A stretch of DNA of 64,000 bases from an uncultured Bacteroidales bacterium (lineage in GTDB: Bacteria > Bacteroidota > Bacteroidia > Bacteroidales > Paludibacteraceae): assembly GCA_946059305.1 (NCBI GenBank), contig CAMGMU010000001.1, positions 10,354-74,353 on the forward strand. The letters run 5' to 3'. The position numbers and the translations under genes were made by a program. A model generated the notes under the pieces. The model had not been told where the DNA came from and did no database searches. It saw nothing but the letters and a program-made list of their open reading frames with translations. Positions 1-8,591 of this stretch are shown here, piece by piece. Positions within the stretch are counted from its first letter, which is position 1. Every line of letters starts with the position of its first letter.

Positions 1-2
1 GC

Positions 3-149
3 TTTACGGCCGAATATGCGAGTGGAGAAATCCATATTCAAAAAGAAGAACTGCAAGAGGCACGTTGGTTTGACATCCGCCACCTGCCCCCGCATCCGCG
101 CCCGGGAAGCATCTCCCATCTGCTGATTCACTCCATCAAAGAACAGTAA
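3..149 (+). CDS. C-terminal fragment of a NUDIX hydrolase (NudC/NADH pyrophosphatase-like); the 5' end lies outside the window
   Basis: The frame is open from the window edge to TAA at 147-149. The translation ...GEIHIQKEELQEARWFDIRHLPPHPRPGSISHLLIHSIKEQ* resembles NudC-type C-termini. Confidence 0.5.
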   Translation, partial: FTAEYASGEIHIQKEELQEARWFDIRHLPPHPRPGSISHLLIHSIKEQ

Positions 150-313
150 GGCAGCAGCTTAGAAGGCATAACGGCACACAAGTCAGCTTCGCAGAGGCAT
201 AGGAATTTTCGCAGGAACGATTTTTCTAAAAATTCTGAAAAAAAAGACAAAATCCGAAAAAAATGTAGTTTTTCATTGCCCATTGCGTCTAATAATCAAA
301 ACAATAAACACAA

Positions 314-805
314 ATGAGCCCAAAAGAACAACAATTCACCCGCTTAGTGCAGGATCAGAAAGCCACTATTTACTCGGTTTGCCTGATGTTTGCTGACGAG
401 CGAACGGAGGTAGATGACCTGGTGCAAGATGCGCTTATCCACCTGTGGGAGGGATTCGACAGTTTTGAAGGCCGTAGCGACATCAAGTCGTGGGTCTATC
501 GCGTTACCCTCAACACCTGCATTTCCTTTGATAGAAAACGGAAGCACACCGACCTCGTAAGTCTGGAACTGGCCGATCCGTCCATGCTGTCGGGAGCCGA
601 TAAAGGCAGCAATGCCAAGCAATACCGGATGCTCCACGAGCGCATTCAAAAACTCGGGCCTTTCGATCGTGCCATCGTGCTGCTTTGGCTCGAAGATATG
701 AGCTATGAGGAGATTGGCGCCATTGTAGGCATTTCCGTCAAAAACGTGAGCGTGCGATTGATGCGTATCCGTGAACAACTTAAAAATATGAATAATCAAG
801 AATAA
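314..805 (+). CDS. ECF-type RNA polymerase sigma-70 family factor
   Basis: 163 aa. Region 2 (DLVQDALIHLWEGFDSF) and a region 4 HTH (MSYEEIGAIVGISVKNVSVRLMRIREQL) are recognisable. Confidence 0.9.
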   Translation: MSPKEQQFTRLVQDQKATIYSVCLMFADERTEVDDLVQDALIHLWEGFDSFEGRSDIKSWVYRVTLNTCISFDRKRKHTDLVSLELADPSMLSGADKGSNAKQYRMLHERIQKLGPFDRAIVLLWLEDMSYEEIGAIVGISVKNVSVRLMRIREQLKNMNNQE

Positions 806-818
806 ATACCTCTCCGAT

Positions 819-1475
819 ATGAACGAAAACAACAATCCTCTTTCGATTCAGGAATCTGACGAATTAGCAACTATGAAAATGCAGCTCAAGTCCCTTCAGG
901 CAGAGCTCGACAAACAAACGACTCTTCGCGAAGATGTGTTTAGGCGACTTCTGAAAAAGCGCACCAACAGCTTCAAAAACAGGGAGTTGATTAGTATTTT
1001 CTTTGTGGCGCTTGTTGCCTTTGGTTTGCCGCCTTACCTCTATTTAGGCATGCACATGTCGCTCGCTTTCACCCTCTTTACCGGACTGTTCTTTACGTTT
1101 GGCTTGTTTTGGGAACTGGTGATTTGGAGGCGTTTTAAGATTGGCAACATGATGTCGCTCGACCTCATTACCACGGCTAAAAACATGCAACGCTACCGCA
1201 AGCTCAATAAGGTCTGGCTCAATCAGATTGGTACGCCCTTTATCATCGTTTGGCTCACATGGTATATCTTCGAGCTTATTCAGACGCTCAACCTGCCCGA
1301 TGATGGCCATTTGCGCATGATTATTATCCTTATATTCATCGGTTGCAGCCTTGTGGGCGCACTCGTAGGCGGACTGATTGGGTATTTCAGTTTTTACAAG
1401 CCCCAGATGAAGCTTGCTCAGGAGATGATTGAGCAAATCAAGGACATTGAATCGTTTGACGAAGAAGCAGAATAA
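819..1475 (+). CDS. Membrane protein with an N-terminal coiled coil, a possible ECF sigma partner (anti-sigma-like); function unknown
   Basis: 218 aa, starting 14 nt after the sigma gene. It has about 4 hydrophobic helices. No family was recognised. Confidence 0.6.
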   Translation: MNENNNPLSIQESDELATMKMQLKSLQAELDKQTTLREDVFRRLLKKRTNSFKNRELISIFFVALVAFGLPPYLYLGMHMSLAFTLFTGLFFTFGLFWELVIWRRFKIGNMMSLDLITTAKNMQRYRKLNKVWLNQIGTPFIIVWLTWYIFELIQTLNLPDDGHLRMIIILIFIGCSLVGALVGGLIGYFSFYKPQMKLAQEMIEQIKDIESFDEEAE

Positions 1476-1577
1476 GCATCCTATCGAAAGCATGTACTCC
1501 GATGCACCCCATAGTCATCCCCCACCGCCCTCGCGATGGGGGTGACGTTTTTATAGGGAAATACGTAAAGGAGCGGG

Positions 1578-2084
1578 TTATAGCGGTTGGCAGAATTGAT
1601 AGGCCAAGCGGTCGGTGCCATTCCAGCAATGGATGATTCCGCAATACTGAAAACCAGCTCGCAAGACCGCCTGCTGCATCACCTTATTATCGGCATGCGT
1701 ATCGATACGGATGGAATCAAAATGCTGCAGCGCAAACAGAAGCGCCATCTTAAAAATGCCCTTCACCTCCCCGCTACTGGCAATGCGATGGATAGTGGCA
1801 TAGGGGGCATCTGAGAGCCATTTACCGCCATAGATTTCAGCATACGTAGGGTCGTCTCCTGCTCTGAGCACAAACGTGCCCACTACCCTACCATCATACT
1901 CGCACACATAACTGTCAGTCGATTGGATATCCTTGAGGAGCAACTGTTCGCTCGGATAATCAGCAGCCCACTGATGCGGATTGCCCGTTGCCGCCATAAA
2001 CGTGCGCGCTATGGCGAAAATCTCCTGCAAACGAGGGAGGTCAGCTGCAACCGTTTTTCGTATCGTGATGACGGGTTCAGTCAT
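1578..2084 (-). CDS. GNAT family N-acetyltransferase
   Basis: 168 aa with the acetyl-CoA binding region pattern (VGTFVL...IHRIASSGEVKGIFK). Confidence 0.8.
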   Translation of the reverse strand: MTEPVITIRKTVAADLPRLQEIFAIARTFMAATGNPHQWAADYPSEQLLLKDIQSTDSYVCEYDGRVVGTFVLRAGDDPTYAEIYGGKWLSDAPYATIHRIASSGEVKGIFKMALLFALQHFDSIRIDTHADNKVMQQAVLRAGFQYCGIIHCWNGTDRLAYQFCQPL

Positions 2085-2385
2085 GGCGCTGTTGATAGTC
2101 GTTTTTACGTTTCGGATTCATCGGAAACCATCCTTTTTCAACCCGTTTTTTCTGCTCAAAAAGTTCTAAGATACTCCAAAAGCAGGAACAACCGATTACG
2201 CCCAATACCGGGCTCATTATGCTATTAAAAACGAGCAGACTGGCAGCAACAAATCCCACGCCCGCAAGGGCAAACACCCACCAACAACGCGTGCCGAAAT
2301 AATATTCTCCTTTGATTACAATCGGGTGAAAACAGCCTATTACAAGAAAAGTGACAACGGCTATGATTAATCCAGTATAGTTCAT
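2077..2385 (-). CDS. DUF4491-type small membrane protein
   Basis: 102 aa. The MNYTGLII...HPIVIKGEYYFGTRCWW...ELFEQKKRVEKGWFPMNPKRK pattern is typical of this Bacteroidota family. It overlaps the GNAT gene by 8 nt. Confidence 0.7.
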   Translation of the reverse strand: MNYTGLIIAVVTFLVIGCFHPIVIKGEYYFGTRCWWVFALAGVGFVAASLLVFNSIMSPVLGVIGCSCFWSILELFEQKKRVEKGWFPMNPKRKNDYQQRHD

Positions 2386-2465
2386 TTATGTTAATTATTG
2401 GGGTACCTTATGGTTGCTTTTGCTTTCATTGCAGCCACAAAATACCATATGATGAAAATTTGATG

Positions 2466-2473
2466 CAAAGGTA
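2466..2473 (-). promoter_or_regulatory. Bacteroidota -7 promoter box (TACCTTTG on the minus strand) for the DUF4491/GNAT operon
   Basis: Plus-strand caaaggta lies about 80 nt upstream of the ATG at 2385. Confidence 0.4.
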
Positions 2474-2620
2474 CAATAAAAATTTGGGATACGCAAATTT
2501 TCGCGCGCAAAAAGCGTCATTTAGCAATACGCCAGACCTGATGGAAGGCCCTAAAGGGTGAATTTGAAATGAAAAATGCAAAAAACACGAAAAAAATTTG
2601 CATAATTCAGAAAAAAGCAG

Positions 2621-2628
2621 TACCTTTG
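2621..2628 (+). promoter_or_regulatory. Bacteroidota -7 promoter box TACCTTTG upstream of tRNA-Ser(CGA)
   Basis: The sequence is aaaaaagcagTACCTTTGca. The same extended context recurs at several other promoters in this window. Confidence 0.4.
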
Positions 2629-2757
2629 CAGACCGAAATGAGAAACGTAGCTTTTTCGTTGGTACGTTTGCTGCATTCGTATGGGGTTTGCAGTATTTGT
2701 TTATCAATTGCGGCATTGTTTGTCCATTGCAGAAGAAAGCACGTTTGATTTTAGGAA

Positions 2758-2844
2758 GGAAAGATGGCCGAGTGGTCGATGGCGCCGCACTCGAAATGCG
2801 GTAAACGGGTGACCGTTTCTAGGGTTCGAATCCCTATCTTTCCG
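2758..2844 (+). tRNA. tRNA-Ser (anticodon CGA), class II with a long variable arm
   Basis: Folded by hand. Acceptor GGAAAGA/TCTTTCC, anticodon stem CCGCA/TGCGG with loop CTCGAAA, T arm TAGGG-TTCGAAT-CCCTA, discriminator G. CCA is not encoded. Confidence 0.9.
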
Positions 2845-2874
2845 CAAGGTTGACGAAGGTAGGTCACTGGAAGT

Positions 2875-2898
2875 AACGGGATGCATTTGCATCCCGTT
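2875..2898. terminator. Perfect 11-bp hairpin 30 nt downstream of the tRNA
   Basis: The sequence is aacgggatgca-tt-tgcatcccgtt. There is no strong T run on either side. Confidence 0.4.
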
Positions 2899-2910
2899 GA
2901 TTGTATAAGT

Positions 2911-3023
2911 CCATCCCCGAACCAAGCTTGCTTGTGTGAGGGAGGTTGGGCATATACAATCAGGAGTAGGAACAGCCATCTCCGAACCAAGCTTGCTTGT
3001 GTGAGGAAGGTTGGGCATATACC
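2911..3023. repeat. Direct duplication of a 47-nt module at a 65-nt period
   Basis: ccatc(c/t)ccgaaccaagcttgcttgtgtgagg(g/a)aggttgggcatatac occurs at 2911-2957 and 2976-3022. Confidence 0.85.
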
Positions 3024-3192
3024 ATCAGCAGCCAACAAACAATATACCGGAGCTCAAATAATAGTATGAACGTTATCGCTATCGCTTACAAGGCTCCTCA
3101 ATGAGTCCTCATCGCTCCTCATCGCACGTAAAGACTCTGGCCCGGGAAGAGGCTTCCGTTAGCGATGATGCATCTCTTACGAAATCACGCTG

Positions 3193-3200
3193 CAAAATTA
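3193..3200 (-). promoter_or_regulatory. Minus-strand -7 box TAATTTTG pointing toward the duplicated module and the hairpin
   Basis: The reverse complement reads aaaaaagcagTAATTTTGcagcg. No CDS lies downstream on that strand. Confidence 0.35.
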
Positions 3201-3304
3201 CTGCTTTTTTCGCACATACGCAATAGTTGTCCCGAACTGCGAAACATTTTTTCCAAGATGTTGTGGTTTTTACGATTTTTATCAAGATTATTTAGAGAAC
3301 AATA

Positions 3305-3390
3305 CTCCATACACAATCAACCATACGCCAATACACCATCAACTATACTCCATACACCATACACCATCAACCATACGCCAATACACCATA
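3305..3390. repeat. CA-rich direct repeat at a period of about 50 nt
   Basis: atcaaccatacgccaatacaccat occurs at 3316-3339 and 3366-3389, each preceded by a ctccatacac motif. Confidence 0.8.
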
Positions 3391-3457
3391 CCCCAACTTA
3401 CACAACTTACAGTTTACAGATGACAGGATTCTGCCCATAATACGAGGGCAAAAATTT

Positions 3458-3482
3458 AAATATATAAATTATTTATATATTT
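3458..3482. repeat. Perfect AT-only palindrome with 12-bp arms and a 1-nt spacer
   Basis: aaatatataaat t atttatatattt. Confidence 0.85.
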
Positions 3483-3522
3483 ATTTCTTTGTCTCCAATG
3501 GCAGTCTACGTTTGGCAAACTG

Positions 3523-3622
3523 CCAACTGTAAGACTGTAAGAAATCAGGCATTTATGCGCATTTTTGTTCTTCATGTCAACTCCCAATTGTTTAAGACGA
3601 TTTCTAACAGTTCTTACAGTTT
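3523..3622. repeat. 24-bp inverted repeat flanking a 52-bp segment
   Basis: The reverse complement of 3523-3546 (gatttcttacagtcttacagttgg) matches 3599-3622 (gatttctaacagttcttacagtt). A third half-copy lies at 3406-3419. Confidence 0.75.
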
Positions 3623-3784
3623 ACAATTGTTCAATCTCCCCCACTATTAGTGACATAGCGAGTGCCCATTAAGCCCCTATCTACTTGATAATCAACTATT
3701 CTGCAGGTATCTTTCTATCTGCTGACAATCAACTATCAGGCTCATTTCCCTTGTTATTGCACATCTGGGAAGGCCTCCTTTACA

Positions 3785-3817
3785 CAAAAAACGCATTGGA
3801 AATGGTCTCCAATGCGT
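3785..3817 (-). terminator. Rho-independent terminator of lptC
   Basis: On the minus strand, acgcattgga-gaccatt-tccaatgcgt is followed by tttttt. It lies immediately after the stop at 3827. Confidence 0.75.
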
Positions 3818-3826
3818 AAATCACAC

Positions 3827-4387
3827 TTAATCCTTCACCGGAATGATGCCGGTAGGATGCAGGATGGTGTACTTGGTCATCTCCTGATTGCTCTCGAAAC
3901 CGATGCCGTGAATCGTCATTTTTTGCTTATAAACCGACATTGTGGTATCCGAATAAACGCGTTCCTCTTTCTGACTCCACCATAGTTCGGGCGTTTCAAA
4001 TCGTTCGCCTTCGAGATTCAGCGCTTTCACGTTTCCTACCAAATGCCATAGTTCGGCATTCTTATCATAGTATGCATAGTCGGCTTCGAGGAAGGCATCA
4101 GCCTCTCGCTTGAGGTTGAACTTCTCCAGGTAGATGCCTTCAGGAAACACCCAATAAGGCGGTTCTGCCACATCATAAACCTGCCAAACAGCCGCCTTCA
4201 AGCGGTATCTGACTACTCCCGAATCCGAGATGAGGCTGACCACATCGCGTGCGTCAAGTGTAGGCACAGCGGCTCTATCTTCTACTGCATCGGTGGTCAG
4301 TTTGACCGTCTTATTGCAAGAAGTCAAAACAAGTATCAGCGCCATGAAGACGCTGATACATACTCTATTTGCTGACCCAATCTGCAT
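3827..4387 (-). CDS. lptC: LPS export periplasmic protein LptC (Bacteroidota type)
   Basis: 186 aa with an N-terminal anchor or lipobox (LTSC). The DSGVVRYRL...PYWVFPEGIYLEKF...GNVKALNLEGERFETPELWW...GIGFESNQEMTKY pattern is typical of Bacteroidota LptC. Confidence 0.7.
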   Translation of the reverse strand: MQIGSANRVCISVFMALILVLTSCNKTVKLTTDAVEDRAAVPTLDARDVVSLISDSGVVRYRLKAAVWQVYDVAEPPYWVFPEGIYLEKFNLKREADAFLEADYAYYDKNAELWHLVGNVKALNLEGERFETPELWWSQKEERVYSDTTMSVYKQKMTIHGIGFESNQEMTKYTILHPTGIIPVKD

Positions 4388-4411
4388 CGAAAGAGGCGCA
4401 AAATGAACTGC

Positions 4412-5800
4412 TTAACGAATAGTAGTGGTCTCACCAATCCAACCGCCTACGGTAAACGTAGAGCCGGAGAACTCGCCCGGAAGGTCGAAGCGCTCTTCTT
4501 TGGTGGGGAAATACTTGGCATAGGTAGAAATGAGGCTGTTAACGCTCTCAGCCACTTCGGGCTCTACCTGCTTAGCCTTGATCAGTTTATCAACTGCAAC
4601 CCAGAACACGGTCTTGTTGAGAATAGCGGCCTTAGCGCCATACTCAGCCTCGCTATACGGCTTAGAGCTTGCATAGAGAATACCCATCAGCATGTAGCAA
4701 CGACCCTGGTTGGGGTTGAACTCGAGCGAACGACGAAGATAGGTACGCGCGAGCTGGTAGTTCTTCAGCTCCTGATAGAGCACCATAGCTGCATTATATT
4801 GATAATCAGCGCGGTCCTGATCTACATCAGAGAGGTCGGTAGCCTGATCATAGTACTCTACTGCACCCTTCCAATCGCCTTTCTTCTTGCACATAGCAGC
4901 ACATCCGGCAGCCGATTCGGCAGTAGGAGCGAGTTTATGAGAAGCCTCAGCAGCTGCAAAATATACGTCACTTTCTACGCAACCTACGCTGCGATAGAGC
5001 TTGATAACCTTATTGAGCTCATCGAGATTCTGCAAGTTGCTATTCACCTTAGCAGCATTAATCTTATCGAGCTGATCACAGTCAGCAGCACCCGAAGCAG
5101 CGAATACGTTATCCAGATAATCCTTGTTGGAAGCAGCAGCTCCGGCATTCTTATTGGCAGCATCATTAGCTTGAGCAGACAGCACATCAGCTGCGAGCTG
5201 ATAGTCTGCAATATATTGCTCACCATACTTAGCCGGATTCGACTTATAAAGGCCATGCGACACCTCAGCAAACTTCATTACAACGCTAATCTGTGCCTTA
5301 TTGCCCATACCAACAATGGACTCCTTAAACCAAGGATAAGCCGTTTCCTTCAGATTATCTTCCGTGAAGAACACGCAATAGTCAAGCGCCTTCTGGCCGA
5401 GGATATAGGCAGCCGGATACTTGGGATCATTGCCGAAATACTTGATTCGCTTATCGTGGAGCGTAAGGAGCATGTCGCGCCATTCCTTATATTCAGGGCT
5501 GCCTACAGCGCATTGAGAAATCTTCCATTCTACAATCTTATCGCCATCAACATACACGTTTTTCGAGTAGCTTGGGCAGGTCTTGTACACGTTCAACCAA
5601 GGCTCAAGCGCATCGGCATACTGCTTGTTCTTTGCGGACTCATGGAAGAGCGAGGTGTACATCACACAATCTTCCGTAACGATTTCGGGTTCTTCCTCTA
5701 CAACCGGTTCAGCGGCTGCTTTCTTTTTGGGCTTAGCTGCCCAGCTCATCATCGGGAGAGCTGCACATACAACCAAAATAATCAATGTTTTAGCTTTCAT
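4412..5800 (-). CDS. Secreted TPR-like repeat protein of unknown function
   Basis: 462 aa with a signal peptide (MKAKTLIILVVCAALPMMSWA). Helical-repeat composition. The 491-aa plus-strand ORF opposite it is a low-complexity shadow. Confidence 0.8.
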   Translation of the reverse strand: MKAKTLIILVVCAALPMMSWAAKPKKKAAAEPVVEEEPEIVTEDCVMYTSLFHESAKNKQYADALEPWLNVYKTCPSYSKNVYVDGDKIVEWKISQCAVGSPEYKEWRDMLLTLHDKRIKYFGNDPKYPAAYILGQKALDYCVFFTEDNLKETAYPWFKESIVGMGNKAQISVVMKFAEVSHGLYKSNPAKYGEQYIADYQLAADVLSAQANDAANKNAGAAASNKDYLDNVFAASGAADCDQLDKINAAKVNSNLQNLDELNKVIKLYRSVGCVESDVYFAAAEASHKLAPTAESAAGCAAMCKKKGDWKGAVEYYDQATDLSDVDQDRADYQYNAAMVLYQELKNYQLARTYLRRSLEFNPNQGRCYMLMGILYASSKPYSEAEYGAKAAILNKTVFWVAVDKLIKAKQVEPEVAESVNSLISTYAKYFPTKEERFDLPGEFSGSTFTVGGWIGETTTIR

Positions 5801-5861
5801 AAATATCGGTATTATAAGTTAATCTTCGTCGGTTATTTCAAACATACAAACTTCATGCCAA

Positions 5862-7079
5862 TCATAGCCTTCGCTTGAAGAACCAGTTCTCACGCACGCT
5901 TACGTTAAGCGTGAACCGAAGGTAGTTCTCCTTCAGCAGATCAGCCGTTCCCCGATGGCCGTATTCAATGGAGGCGTTGATGGTAGTGCCCACATTGGGT
6001 AATGGGAAAGCGGTACCTACTGACACCAAATATTCTCTTCCGGGAATTTGGCGGATATAAGGGTCTGACATCGCGAATCCCACTCGCCACGGCATATGAT
6101 CGATATATCGGCGTCCAAGGGGATTATGTGTATATTCAAATCCCACGGCAATCTTCTGGCGGTCTTGGAGTTGTAGCGCTTGGTCGAAATAGCGCGCTTG
6201 CGCCCAACAATAGCGCGTATAGTCAGCAGAGATCATAAACCGCCCTCCATAATTATACATAGCGCCTACACCCCACACCATTGGAAGATCAGAGGGGATG
6301 GAATCGTTAAACGAGAGGGTATCGCCATCACCGACCTTAGAGAACGAACCATTGAGGGCTGATTTGGCCTCAAAAATGGCACCTACCGAGAAACTATGGC
6401 GCTCAAACGTATGGAAGAATTGCGCTCCCATACGGAATCGCACATCGGATACGTGGATTTTAGATACCTCCGTTACCGTGCTGGCTATCTCCGTAAAAGT
6501 GATGCCTCTATTGTTGGTCACATCGCCAAACATATAATATATATTGGCTCCTGCTGCAAACCAATTAAGAATATTAAATGAGAGTCCACCATAAATCTGG
6601 GTAATGCCTCCATCACCATAATACGTACGCGCGTAATGATAATCGGAATTGATGGAATCGCTCAGCGTAAAATCATAGCCTACCATAGAATACGGATTCA
6701 GACCGAGCGACATGCCAATATAATGTTTCCAAATAGGGAACTGCATGGTGAGGTATTCGAGATTTCCGTTTCCTCTGTTGCGCGCCCCTGAAGCATCTTG
6801 ATATCCATTCCAAAGTCCGGAAGCCGCCAAGTCAAACATAAAGGTAGTACTGTCAACCACCGTATAGGAAGCCGGCTGAGAGGGGTTAATCACGCGCGGG
6901 TCGCGCATACCTATTCCTATCCCGCCAAGCGCGCGATATGCGCCCGGAATATTATCGTTGAGTTCGCCATATCCAAAACGGCTGAAAGGAGAATGGGTGT
7001 TATTTTGAGCCTGTAATGATGCACATAACAGCAGCATTGGCAAGCATAAGATGGCAAGTATTTGAAGTCGTTTCATCAT
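5862..7079 (-). CDS. Outer-membrane beta-barrel protein, uncharacterised
   Basis: 405 aa with the signal peptide ...ASLQAQ and an N-terminal SPFSRFGYGEL motif. It shows alternating beta-strand periodicity and an aromatic-rich C-terminus. Confidence 0.8.
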   Translation of the reverse strand: MMKRLQILAILCLPMLLLCASLQAQNNTHSPFSRFGYGELNDNIPGAYRALGGIGIGMRDPRVINPSQPASYTVVDSTTFMFDLAASGLWNGYQDASGARNRGNGNLEYLTMQFPIWKHYIGMSLGLNPYSMVGYDFTLSDSINSDYHYARTYYGDGGITQIYGGLSFNILNWFAAGANIYYMFGDVTNNRGITFTEIASTVTEVSKIHVSDVRFRMGAQFFHTFERHSFSVGAIFEAKSALNGSFSKVGDGDTLSFNDSIPSDLPMVWGVGAMYNYGGRFMISADYTRYCWAQARYFDQALQLQDRQKIAVGFEYTHNPLGRRYIDHMPWRVGFAMSDPYIRQIPGREYLVSVGTAFPLPNVGTTINASIEYGHRGTADLLKENYLRFTLNVSVRENWFFKRRL

Positions 7080-7121
7080 CTGATTTTATGCGGAGGTGAG
7101 CTTTAGGCACACAATCGACTG

Positions 7122-7129
7122 CAAAGGTA
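7122..7129 (-). promoter_or_regulatory. -7 box TACCTTTG (minus strand) for the barrel/TPR/lptC operon
   Basis: Plus-strand caaaggta lies about 45 nt upstream of the ATG at 7079. Confidence 0.5.
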
Positions 7130-7204
7130 CAAAAAACTTGCCAAATACAAAAATGATTTGACAAGTTTTTTCGTATTTTTTTATTTTTTGCGCAAAAAAA
7201 GCGC

Positions 7205-7942
7205 TTATTTGTGTAAATTATGCTCCAAAATTTGATTTAAACCAATCAATACAAGGTGTTTTTCCAGCACAATAGGGTCTCTGAGATTCGCCATAATATA
7301 AGCGGCAGAACCGCCTGTAATATAGGTAGAAAACGCTTCTGACCTGTGCTCAAGCGTGCGGATGTAGCCCTCAATCTCAAATCGGATACCGCGTACCACT
7401 CCCGCAAGAATCGCATCGTGGGTGTTCTTGCCAAAGAGCGGGATAATCTGCTTCTCATCAATCTCTACGAGCGGCAGTTTCTTCGTTTGATTCTTGAGTG
7501 CCTTAAACCGCATGGATAAGCCAGGAGCAATATTGCCGCCAAGAAACTCACCTTTTTCGGTCAGAAAATCATACGTAATAGCCGATCCTGCATCAATAAT
7601 GAGCAGGTTCTTATTGGGCGAGAGGCAATTAGCACCGACCGCAGCCGCCAAGCGATCTTGCCCAAGCGTACGGGGCGAATCATAGCCGTTGATGATAGGC
7701 ACAGGCGTGGAGTAGTCAAAGAGCACAAACCGCTTGGAGCGCCTGTGAAGCACGTTTACTACGGCCACATCCACATTCACTACCGATGACAAGATGCTGT
7801 TCTCTATCGGATACAGACTGCATAGTTTCTCTACGTCTTGGGCGGTAAAATACTTATAAATGAAATTGTTAACCATCTTTCCTTCGCGGTTAAAGATGGC
7901 TATTTTCGTGCGGCTGTTGCCTTGGTCAATGCATAAGTTCAT
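7205..7942 (-). CDS. coaX: Type III pantothenate kinase
   Basis: MNLCIDQGNSRTKIAIF..., DRLAAAVGA and IIDAGSAITYD motifs are present. The ATG at 7942 is preferred over the upstream ATG at 7969. Confidence 0.85.
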   Translation of the reverse strand: MNLCIDQGNSRTKIAIFNREGKMVNNFIYKYFTAQDVEKLCSLYPIENSILSSVVNVDVAVVNVLHRRSKRFVLFDYSTPVPIINGYDSPRTLGQDRLAAAVGANCLSPNKNLLIIDAGSAITYDFLTEKGEFLGGNIAPGLSMRFKALKNQTKKLPLVEIDEKQIIPLFGKNTHDAILAGVVRGIRFEIEGYIRTLEHRSEAFSTYITGGSAAYIMANLRDPIVLEKHLVLIGLNQILEHNLHK

Positions 7943-8118
7943 ACGCGCGAAGTGGACAGGGAAATCCAAATCTCATCCCTCCAAACTCTTTATAAAAAAG
8001 AGAAAGGAAGGTGAGTATTCGGGTGGAAAGTTAAAGTGTGTGTAAGGGGAATAATGGTAAAAGCGGAAGTAAAGATTGTATCGGCCGTTTGCCGATAGGT
8101 CGAAGACGACAACAGACG

Positions 8119-8150
8119 AAAAAAAAGCCCACCCGAACTTGGGGATGGAC
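8119..8150 (-). terminator. Rho-independent terminator of the small lipoprotein gene
   Basis: On the minus strand, gtccatcc-ccaagttc-gggtgggc is followed by T8. Confidence 0.65.
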
Positions 8151-8180
8151 TAATTTTTCGCGATAAACGCGTTAGCCAAA

Positions 8181-8372
8181 TTACTCAGCTACCACTTCAG
8201 CTGCAACGGTATCAGCAACTTCCTCAACTACAGAGTCAGCAGCCTCAACTACCTCAACAACCTCTTCTGCAACTACTACAGAATCCTCAGCAGCAGCCTC
8301 AGACTCAGCAGCTTTGTTACCGCAAGCTACCATGCAAGCAGCAGCTGCGAGTACGAAAAATACCTTCTTCAT
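8181..8372 (-). CDS. Small, highly acidic lipoprotein
   Basis: It has the lipobox MKKVFFVLAAAACMVAC followed by a repetitive E/V/A-rich tail. The ATG at 8372 is preferred over the ORF-track start at 8432. Confidence 0.6.
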   Translation of the reverse strand: MKKVFFVLAAAACMVACGNKAAESEAAAEDSVVVAEEVVEVVEAADSVVEEVADTVAAEVVAE

Positions 8373-8463
8373 TGTTTTATTGTGTTTAATTAAACTGCGA
8401 TTTCCATCCAGAATCTTAACTCCAAACACCAATATTTGGCAGTGCCTGAACCGAAATCGGCTG

Positions 8464-8471
8464 CAAAATTA
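8464..8471 (-). promoter_or_regulatory. -7 box TAATTTTG (minus strand) for the small lipoprotein gene
   Basis: The reverse complement reads aaaaaaaagtagTAATTTTGcagcc. Confidence 0.5.
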
Positions 8472-8591
8472 CTACTTTTTTTTGACATACAATAATTTTT
8501 CATAAAAAAAATGCGAAAAAATTGAATTTTCTCGCATTTTCCACTCGTTTTGCCATTTTTATATAGCAAAAAGGGGGTTATTTTCGGTTGG

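Noticed and set aside
2704-3038. Two overlapping minus-strand ORFs (104 aa and 95 aa)
   Set aside because: Both run across the tRNA-Ser(CGA) gene and the duplicated 47-nt module. The similar peptide segments are simply the translated DNA repeat.
3698-3720. Possible att scar of tRNA-Ser(CGA), tatctttc
   Set aside because: Only 8 nt match the tRNA 3' end, which is within chance expectation for a 1-kb AT-rich spacer.
4403-5878. 491-aa plus-strand ORF
   Set aside because: It lies antisense to the 462-aa signal-peptide/TPR-like gene. Its translation is low-complexity (L/I/S-rich) with no start context. It is a typical shadow ORF.
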